From: Sandaracinaceae bacterium | GTDB lineage: Bacteria; Myxococcota_A; Polyangia; Polyangiales; JADJQN01 | DNA: 64,000 nucleotides | Direction of reading: 5' to 3' | NCBI GenBank assembly: GCA_016712745.1 | Contig: JADJQN010000001.1 | Span: 1,009,494 to 1,073,493 of the forward strand | Shown: positions 57,226 through 64,000 of the stretch, piece after piece | Layout of the letters: every line of letters starts with the position of its first letter | How positions within the stretch are numbered: the stretch's first letter is position 1 | The notes under the pieces: model-generated | Databases searched by the model: none | What the model was told of the DNA's origin: nothing | What the model saw: the letters and a program-made list of their open reading frames with translations, nothing else | Program-made: the position numbers and the translations under genes

Positions 57226-58854
57226 ATGGCGAAAGACACAGCATTCAAAGCGAAGAAGTCCGCTCCTCGCCCGCACGTAATCGGCGTTGTCGAAGGCGAT
57301 GTCTCGGCCGCCGCAACGGTACTCTCAAGTGAGGACATTCCCTCGGATTGGGGAAGCCTTGTCGCTGATCTGTCGATGGCCGAAATGCCACGCGAACCCG
57401 AGTGGCGCGTGCACGACCGCACCCATCTCGAGTTTGCGGTCGATTATCGCGTAGCAGCGAACGAAGGCAAACAAGTCTTCGAGTGGGACGCGTACTTCTT
57501 CGTACCCGAGAGCCTTCGTCTCTACGAAGAGACATATGAAAAACGTGAAATCTACGACGACCTTCAATCGTACGTGCGCTTTGCGGTCCCGTCCGTGAAG
57601 TTCAGCGCGCTGATTGGCGCACCCATCAGCCGCCTGAAGGCGTCGCTGCTCGACAACACGAACGAGGCCGCGACGCTACGCGAGCTTCGCCTATTCGCTT
57701 GCTTGGTACGCGCGTCGAGTCTTGCTGCGCGACGGACGGTCTTGGAGGAGCTCGAGAAAGCCGAGAACCCGTTGGCCGCAGGTGAGGCAGCAATCGAGCT
57801 TGTACGAAACGCTGGCGCCGTGACCTCCGCCATGCGCGAGGTCATGAAGATTGCGCCGAAGGATGAGAGTCCTATCGGCACCGCCGTAACCTGGGTGGAC
57901 GAGGACGTGTCGCGCGCGATGGAAACGCTCCTGGGCACGCTCGCGATCGATCTACGCGGTCGCGGCGCGCCCGAGCTTGTCGCTTCCACCGTCGCAGCAG
58001 GGGCAGTCAGTGAAGCTGTTTATCGCCAGGCCAACAGTCTCGAAGGCGTTGGCTACGCAGACGCGAACGAGCGCGCCATCGAACGCCTAGAGTTCCGGCG
58101 CCACGTTCTCAAGCGATTTACCTCTTCGGTGCTGTGGCTGAGCCTCGACGTGCGCGACGGGGCAAAGCTCGCGCTGCAGTTCTTCTACGCGCTCGCAGCC
58201 GGTGTTGCCATGGCCCTCGCCTTCGTGCTCGCCCTCTCACAAGGCGATGCGACCGCCACCGGCAGCAGCGGTTTTGTATGGCGAACGGCACTGCTGGTCG
58301 TGCTCGCGTATGCGATTAAAGATCGGGTGAAGGCGTTTTTGCAGGAGCGATTCTCGCGCGTTGTGTCTCGACACTTTCCCGATCGCCGTTGGCACATCCG
58401 CGAACGCGAACGCAACGTGACCCTCGGCGAAGTGCGCGAACGGTCTGGCTTTGTGAAGTTCAACGAGTTGCCTGCCGAGGTGCTGACGAGTCGGCGCATG
58501 ACCCGCGTGCACTCATTCGAAGAAGACGCGCGGCCGGAGCGGGTGCTTTGGCATCACAAGACGGTGCGCGTGCACGGCGACGATTTAGCAAATGCCGATG
58601 GGCGCTTCCAAGCGCTCACAGAAATCTTCCGTCTCAATCTGCGTCGCTGGCTCGACCACACCGACGATCCGAAACGCAAAATCGTCTTCGCAGATCCCGA
58701 CGACCGCCGCATCTACACAGCGACCGCTCCGCGCGCCTACAACATCGCAATCGTCTACCGGCTGCGAAAGAAGGGCGACACGAACGCGGCCTGGCATCGC
58801 AACCGCGTCGTCGTCACCCGCAAGGGCATCCTGCGCATCGACCCGATCAGCTAG
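57226..58854 (+). CDS. Hypothetical protein with a central pair of TM helices
   Basis: The start is taken at MAKDTAFKAKK (542 aa). The track ORF begins at 56935, inside the previous gene. Hydrophobic segments are LALQFFYALAAGVAMALAFVLAL and WRTALLVVLAYAI. I recognised no catalytic motif. Confidence 0.5.
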   Translation: MAKDTAFKAKKSAPRPHVIGVVEGDVSAAATVLSSEDIPSDWGSLVADLSMAEMPREPEWRVHDRTHLEFAVDYRVAANEGKQVFEWDAYFFVPESLRLYEETYEKREIYDDLQSYVRFAVPSVKFSALIGAPISRLKASLLDNTNEAATLRELRLFACLVRASSLAARRTVLEELEKAENPLAAGEAAIELVRNAGAVTSAMREVMKIAPKDESPIGTAVTWVDEDVSRAMETLLGTLAIDLRGRGAPELVASTVAAGAVSEAVYRQANSLEGVGYADANERAIERLEFRRHVLKRFTSSVLWLSLDVRDGAKLALQFFYALAAGVAMALAFVLALSQGDATATGSSGFVWRTALLVVLAYAIKDRVKAFLQERFSRVVSRHFPDRRWHIRERERNVTLGEVRERSGFVKFNELPAEVLTSRRMTRVHSFEEDARPERVLWHHKTVRVHGDDLANADGRFQALTEIFRLNLRRWLDHTDDPKRKIVFADPDDRRIYTATAPRAYNIAIVYRLRKKGDTNAAWHRNRVVVTRKGILRIDPIS

Positions 58855-58865
58855 ATCTCGATCGC

Positions 58866-60542
58866 TTATTCGAAGTCGCGGACGCGCATTTCGATGGCGC
58901 CGCCGCCGCGCCAGGTGTCGGGAGCGAGTGATCCGAGCACGCTAAGGATCTGGCCTTGCCTGGGCATTCGCGTCGCCAAGCCTGCACCGAAGCCGGACAA
59001 CGTCACGTAGCCGATTTTGAGGTTGAGTTTTAGGTGCGTTTCCCCGACGACCGTTGCGCGTTCGACCCGCGCGTTCTTGACCAAGAAGATTGGCTCCGCA
59101 TTGCCCTCGCCATACGGCTCAAGGTCGCGGAGTTCCTTCGCTGTCGGGAACAATCCCTCGTCCTCGATGACCACATCAACATCCAGCACACGCGGATCCT
59201 TCGCGGGCATAGCCACTTTCGCGCACGCGTCGTGAAACGCAGCGCGAAATACATCGATGCGCGATTCTTGAATCGAAAGGCCTGCCGCGGCCTGATGGCC
59301 ACCAAAGGCAGTTAGCTCTTGGCGACACGCTGCGATGCAATCATAGAGCGGGAAGTCGTCTGGTGTGCGGGCGCTGCCGTGCCCAACGCCATCTTCAACC
59401 GCGATCACGATCGAGGGCACTCCAAAAGTATCGACGAGCCGCGCCGCGGTGATGCCAACGACGCCCCGATGCCAGCCCCGCCCTGCGGCGACGATTCCGG
59501 ACTTCGGCTCATTGCCGTAAATCTCCCTAACCTGCGCGATGGCAGCTTCGGTCACGCGCGCTTCAATGGATTTGCGCTCTTGATTCAGTTGCTCGATGCG
59601 TGCTGCGAGAGTTCGAGCCTCGGACGCAGTCTTGGACTTCAGAAGTTGCAGCGTGATCCCGGGATCCATCAAACGCCCTGCGGCGTTCAACCGCGGCCCC
59701 AACTTGAATCCGACATCGCTTGCGCCAAGTTGGGTGCCGGCACGAAGCTTTGCGACATCCCGCAGTGCGGCGATGCCCGGTCGCGCGTTGGGCGACGACA
59801 AAACGGACAGACCCGCACGAACCAAGCGACGGTTGTCTCCATGTAGCGGCGCGACATCAGCGATAGTTCCGAGGGCCACGAGATCGAGCCAAGCTCGTAA
59901 GTCGACGGCGGCACCGACCGCCGCACGCACGGCGCCCGCAAGCGAAAGTGCGAGCCCCGCACTTGTCATATGCTTGTAGGCAAAGCCGCATTCGGGTCGA
60001 TGCGGGTTCAAAAACGCGTTCGCCGGCAGCGGATCTTTGGGCACGAGGTGGTGATCCACGACGATGACGTCGATCCCAAGGCCTCGCAGTGTTTGGATGC
60101 GGTCGTGATCACTCGAACCGCAATCGCAAGTCACGACCAGCGTCGGGGATGCATCACGTACGCGTATAAGCGCAGCGTCGCTGAGGCCGTAGCCGCCCTC
60201 GAAGCGGCTTGCCAGCAACGTCACGACGTCGGCCCCCAGGAGCGTCAGCACATCGCCTAAAATCACCGCGCTGGTGGTGCCGTCCACGTCATAGTCACCG
60301 AAGACCACAACGCGCTCTTTCGCGCGCACAGCCCGAGCAAGTCGTTCGGCCGCTACGTCACGATCGAGCATCGTGTCCGGTGGCGTCAAGTCCTTCAGCT
60401 TCGGTGAGAGGAAGTCACGCACACTCTCGCTGTCGGTATGTGCCCGGTGCAAAAGCACCTGCGCAACCGTCACCGAAATACCGCACGCATCTGCGAGCGC
60501 ACGCGCCGCCGGAAGATCCGGAGGTCGCAGTGCGAACTTCAC
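58866..60542 (-). CDS. recJ: Single-stranded-DNA-specific exonuclease RecJ
   Basis: The ORF is 558 aa. The DHH family motifs are VVVFGDYDVDGTTS, TCDCGS and VVDHH. A DHHA1 region containing GGHQAAAG follows. Confidence 0.92.
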   Translation of the reverse strand: MKFALRPPDLPAARALADACGISVTVAQVLLHRAHTDSESVRDFLSPKLKDLTPPDTMLDRDVAAERLARAVRAKERVVVFGDYDVDGTTSAVILGDVLTLLGADVVTLLASRFEGGYGLSDAALIRVRDASPTLVVTCDCGSSDHDRIQTLRGLGIDVIVVDHHLVPKDPLPANAFLNPHRPECGFAYKHMTSAGLALSLAGAVRAAVGAAVDLRAWLDLVALGTIADVAPLHGDNRRLVRAGLSVLSSPNARPGIAALRDVAKLRAGTQLGASDVGFKLGPRLNAAGRLMDPGITLQLLKSKTASEARTLAARIEQLNQERKSIEARVTEAAIAQVREIYGNEPKSGIVAAGRGWHRGVVGITAARLVDTFGVPSIVIAVEDGVGHGSARTPDDFPLYDCIAACRQELTAFGGHQAAAGLSIQESRIDVFRAAFHDACAKVAMPAKDPRVLDVDVVIEDEGLFPTAKELRDLEPYGEGNAEPIFLVKNARVERATVVGETHLKLNLKIGYVTLSGFGAGLATRMPRQGQILSVLGSLAPDTWRGGGAIEMRVRDFE

Positions 60543-60546
60543 TCGT

Positions 60547-61758
60547 TCAAGCCTTTGCGGGCGTGCTGCGACGTCCGCCGCGCGCTGCAGCGGCGGTCAT
60601 CACGCGACGGAAGAACTTGCGATCAATCCATTCGGTCACGGGAGCCGCAACGTAGATGGACGAATAGGTTCCGACCACGATGCCAATGAGCATCGCGAGT
60701 GCGAAGTCTTTGATGACCTGTGTTCCCAGGAACAAGAAGGCCAGCATCGAAGTGGCCGTGACGGTCGACGTAAGAATCGTGCGCGACAACGTTTGCGATG
60801 TGCTCACGTTGATGATCTCGATGAGCGACTTGCCGCGCATGCGCTGCAAGTTCTCGCGAATACGGTCATAGACGACGATGGTGTCATTGATGGAGTAACC
60901 GACGATGGTCAGCAACGCCGCGACCGTGGTGAGCGTCAGCTCGCGTCGCAGGAGAACGAGGATGCCAGCCGTGATGACCGCGTCGTGCAACATGGCGATA
61001 ACGCTGCCCGGTGCGAAGCGAAGATCGAAGCGGAACGCGACGAAGATCATGATGAAGAGAACCGCGTAGAGAATCGACATGATCGCGGCGTTACGAAGCT
61101 GAGCACCGGCCTTCGGGCCGACCCACTCTACGCGAAGCGGGCGTTCAGGAGCGCGGTCGCCGAGCTTCTGATGTAGGCCCTCGAGAACCTTGTCGGCCGT
61201 GCCAACGAGCTGCACTTCGTAGCGATGGTCAGCGGCCTGGCCGAAACGCGTCACTTGACGAACGCGCACGCGCTGTTGCTCGAGAGCGGCGCGCACCACG
61301 TCGGGCTCGACGTCATTCGAGAAACGGATCGAGAGCTTGTCACCGCCCGGCGAAACTTTGAGCTCCTGGGCCTGGGCGTGATTTCCTTCACCGATACCGC
61401 GGGCCAGCATGTCATGCATGGCCGTGTACTGCGCGCGCGGCATGGTGGTCACCTGCTCGACGCGGATGATGTACTGGTTCGCGTGTCCCGCGACGCTCAC
61501 AACTTCGACGCCGTCGAAGTCGAGCTCGTCCAACTTCTCGCGCAACTCGTTCGGCGTGACCGTGCCGCTGAACTCGAGTTGAATTTCGGTTCCGCCCTTG
61601 AAATCGATGCCCCATATGGGCGAGAGATCAAAGCTGCCGAACTTGAGCGGCACCACGAAGAGCATGATTGCGATGACGAACGTGATCGCCGATAGACCGA
61701 CGTTGAAACGTCGGAGGCGCATGAAGTCGTAGGTTTTATGGTGCTTGAAGAACTCCAC
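60547..61758 (-). CDS. secF: Protein translocase subunit SecF
   Basis: The ORF is 403 aa. It opens with an N-terminal TM and has a periplasmic domain. A 5-TM C-terminal block includes SINDTIVVYDRIRE. It begins 4 nt after secD. Confidence 0.92.
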   Translation of the reverse strand: MEFFKHHKTYDFMRLRRFNVGLSAITFVIAIMLFVVPLKFGSFDLSPIWGIDFKGGTEIQLEFSGTVTPNELREKLDELDFDGVEVVSVAGHANQYIIRVEQVTTMPRAQYTAMHDMLARGIGEGNHAQAQELKVSPGGDKLSIRFSNDVEPDVVRAALEQQRVRVRQVTRFGQAADHRYEVQLVGTADKVLEGLHQKLGDRAPERPLRVEWVGPKAGAQLRNAAIMSILYAVLFIMIFVAFRFDLRFAPGSVIAMLHDAVITAGILVLLRRELTLTTVAALLTIVGYSINDTIVVYDRIRENLQRMRGKSLIEIINVSTSQTLSRTILTSTVTATSMLAFLFLGTQVIKDFALAMLIGIVVGTYSSIYVAAPVTEWIDRKFFRRVMTAAAARGGRRSTPAKA

Positions 61759-61762
61759 GGAA

Positions 61763-63604
61763 TCACCCGACCCTTAGTGTCTGAACGCGCAAGCCGCGCA
61801 CGATCCAATCCATCGCCACACGCGAGCAGAACACGCCGGTGGTCAAGGATGCGACGATGCCGATCATGAGCGTGTAAGCGAAACCACGAATGGGGCCCGT
61901 GCCGTACTGCGAAAGCACGATGCCCGCGATGAAGGTCGTGACCTGGCTGTCGAAAATGGTCCAGAAGGCCCGAGCGAAGCCTTGGTCGACCGCCGCGCGC
62001 GGCGACTTACCTGCGCGAAGCTCTTCGCGAATGCGCTCGTTGATGAGCACGTTTGCGTCGACGGCCATGGCCACAGTGAGCGCGATACCCGCGACACCAG
62101 GCAAGGTGAGCGTACCTTCGAGGAAGGCGAGAATGGCCATCACGAAGAGCAAGTTCAAGATGACCATCACGTTCGCGACGAGGCCCGCGACTTGGTAATA
62201 GACCAGCATGAAGATGAGCACGGCGACGATGCCGATGAGCGCAGCTTTCACACCGTCCTGAATCGCGTCGGCGCCAAGGGTCGGGCCGATGAGCTGCTCG
62301 TTGCTCGGGCGAATCGGAGCGGGCAAGGAACCAGCTTTCAACACGACGACCAAGTCGCTCGCCTCGGAAAGGATCGCGTTGTAATCGCGCATGCCGCCCA
62401 TGGTGATCTGACAATGACCGCCCGGGATGCGGTTCTGAATGACCGGCGCCGACTGCACCTTATTGTCGAGCACAATCGCCATGCGCTGCTTCACCGCGCG
62501 CGCCGTAAGACGCTCGAAGGTGTCTGCCCCCTGCGGCTGGTTGAACGTGATCGAGACGTAAGGCTTGTTGGTCGTTGGGTCGTTGGCAACCATCGCGTCT
62601 TCGATAGCGTCGCCAGTGATCTCAGCGCGAGAGAATACCATGTACGTACGCCATCCCTCGGCGCTAGCGGCATCGCCGCGACGCGACGAGCTTTCGTCGG
62701 ATTCGATCTTGCCGAGAAGCAGCTCGTGATCTTCTGGGATACTTCCTGCGGCTTCGAGGGTGCCGATGTATGCGGTGAGACGCTCACGCGAACCTGCGCC
62801 ACGCGCAACAAGCATCGAAGTTGGAAGCTGCGGACGGCTCGGGCCGCCGGCACCCATGTCGCCTTCGCGTTCGATGCCTTCCGGCAAATCCGTCAGGCCC
62901 TGAACGAAGTCTGACGCATCGTCGACAATCTTGAACTCAAGGCGCGCCGTTTGGCTGATCAGCGTGCGGATGCGGTTGAACATCACTTCGTCGACGCCCG
63001 GGACTTCGACGATGATGTCTTCGTCGCGTGACTGAACGTTCGCCTCGCGAACGGCCATCTCGTCGATGCGATTGGTGATGGTGGTTTTGGCCTGCGAGAC
63101 CGCGTCTTCGCGGATGCGCGCGAGGCGATCCTCACGAAGGGCGATATGAACAACGAGGCCATCGCGCCCAATTTCGCGCATATCGCCGAGGTGCGTCTCA
63201 ATCAGAGTGTGATCGAGCTTCGCGGCATCGGCTGCATTCTGAAACGTCGCCATGATGTCGCGCTCGCCGACCTTGCGAATTTGCACGCGGCGGCGAACCT
63301 GCTCGAGCTGTTCGCGTGTCGGCTGATCCTCGTCGTTAAAGACGCCGAAGGAGCGACCGAGGGACTCCAAAAGCTGGTCGGCACGCGTATCGCGCAAATC
63401 GCGAATCGCTTCGTCGACTTCAACTTCGTAAGCAAGGCGAAGGCCGCCGCGAATATCGAGGCCTGGGCTGATGCGGCCCGGGAAATTTGCTTTCACCCAT
63501 GCTGGCGCGTGGATGAAACCGTCAAGACTGGGCCACAGCGCAAGCCATGCAAGCACCGTAAGCGAGACGACGATTAGAAAGCGAAAGTACCAACCCCTGT
63601 CCAT
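61763..63604 (-). CDS. secD: Protein translocase subunit SecD
   Basis: The ORF is 613 aa with a large periplasmic P1 domain. The C-terminal TM block includes GIALTVAMAVDANVLINERIREE. Confidence 0.92.
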   Translation of the reverse strand: MDRGWYFRFLIVVSLTVLAWLALWPSLDGFIHAPAWVKANFPGRISPGLDIRGGLRLAYEVEVDEAIRDLRDTRADQLLESLGRSFGVFNDEDQPTREQLEQVRRRVQIRKVGERDIMATFQNAADAAKLDHTLIETHLGDMREIGRDGLVVHIALREDRLARIREDAVSQAKTTITNRIDEMAVREANVQSRDEDIIVEVPGVDEVMFNRIRTLISQTARLEFKIVDDASDFVQGLTDLPEGIEREGDMGAGGPSRPQLPTSMLVARGAGSRERLTAYIGTLEAAGSIPEDHELLLGKIESDESSSRRGDAASAEGWRTYMVFSRAEITGDAIEDAMVANDPTTNKPYVSITFNQPQGADTFERLTARAVKQRMAIVLDNKVQSAPVIQNRIPGGHCQITMGGMRDYNAILSEASDLVVVLKAGSLPAPIRPSNEQLIGPTLGADAIQDGVKAALIGIVAVLIFMLVYYQVAGLVANVMVILNLLFVMAILAFLEGTLTLPGVAGIALTVAMAVDANVLINERIREELRAGKSPRAAVDQGFARAFWTIFDSQVTTFIAGIVLSQYGTGPIRGFAYTLMIGIVASLTTGVFCSRVAMDWIVRGLRVQTLRVG

Positions 63605-63665
63605 TTACACCTCGTGGAGCGCGTTCCGACGAGCGACTGCCTAGCTCGTCTGACTTCTCCGATTC

Positions 63666-63944
63666 CTACTTGTTGTCCGTCTTGCTCTCTGCGACTGGCG
63701 CTGTCGCCGGCGCAGTGTCGAGGCCCGCAACGTGCGTGCGCAAGACGTTGATCTTCACTCGGTCAGCGATGATGAGATTGACATCGCGCTCGTTGATCTC
63801 TGCGACCTCGCCGCGAATGCCGCTGGTCGTGCGAACCTTGTCGCCACGCTTCAAGCTCTTCTGCAAATCGTCGGTCGCACGCTGTTGCTTTTGCTGCGGA
63901 CGCAAAATCAAAAAGTAGAAGACGGCGATCATCAACGGGATCAT
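63666..63944 (-). CDS. yajC: Preprotein translocase subunit YajC; the 5' end may extend beyond the window
   Basis: The sequence is MIPLMIAVFYFLILRPQQKQQRATDDLQKSLKRGDKVRTTSGIRGEVAEI... The frame stays open upstream to nt 64000 (SGGGGGGAGCAGGSTQLL-MIPL...), so the true start may lie outside the window. Confidence 0.85.
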   Translation of the reverse strand: MIPLMIAVFYFLILRPQQKQQRATDDLQKSLKRGDKVRTTSGIRGEVAEINERDVNLIIADRVKINVLRTHVAGLDTAPATAPVAESKTDNK

Positions 63945-64000
63945 CAGGAGCTGCGTGCTACCGCCCGCGCATCCCGCTCCGCCACCGCCGCCGCCGCTCG

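Noticed and set aside
63628-63650. Hairpin GACGAGC-n9-GCTCGTC between yajC and secD
   Set aside because: There is no U-tract on either strand, and yajC-secD-secF are normally co-transcribed. It may be an mRNA structural element but is not supportable as a terminator.

Overview
This is a high-GC, densely coding bacterial chromosomal segment with about 50 protein-coding genes. All calls rest on my own reading of translated ORFs, motifs and gene junctions. No homology search, HMM or folding was run.

The gene content suggests a Myxococcota/Bradymonadia-like lineage: many lipoproteins, an RCC1-repeat protein, Cys-rich 'metal-binding motif' secreted proteins, a PDZ-TlpA redoxin, a HEAT-repeat protein and cdaA-cdaR. 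That assignment is inference only. I recognised no rRNA, tRNA, CRISPR array, transposase, integrase or phage genes.

Housekeeping anchors:
- lepA
- miaB-vanZ-gamma-CA
- Rieske / cytochrome b-c
- tamA-tamB
- glmM
- tilS-ftsH-folP-cdaA-cdaR
- recJ-secF-secD-yajC

Accessory content:
- tandem Ca-binding-repeat lipoproteins (1-1.5 kb)
- a four-gene lipoprotein array with an M1 metallopeptidase and a Kazal-like domain protein (4.9-9.9 kb)
- Cys-rich secreted proteins
- two sensor kinases
- a BKACE/crotonase pair

The best candidate for an uncharacterised system is a translationally coupled 7-gene operon on the minus strand (38312..45348). In transcription order it encodes:
1. pyruvoyl S-adenosylmethionine decarboxylase
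2. a Zn-ribbon/DUF4178-like membrane protein
3. a 60-aa membrane peptide
4. a DUF350-like protein
5. a membrane-anchored aminopropyltransferase
6. a Tat-signal FAD oxidoreductase, disrupted here
7. a His-motif polytopic membrane protein

Four genes carry five reading-frame lesions as sequenced: a histidine kinase, the HEAT-repeat protein, ftsH and the FAD oxidoreductase. At least the ftsH lesion, in a C6 homopolymer, looks like a possible sequencing indel.
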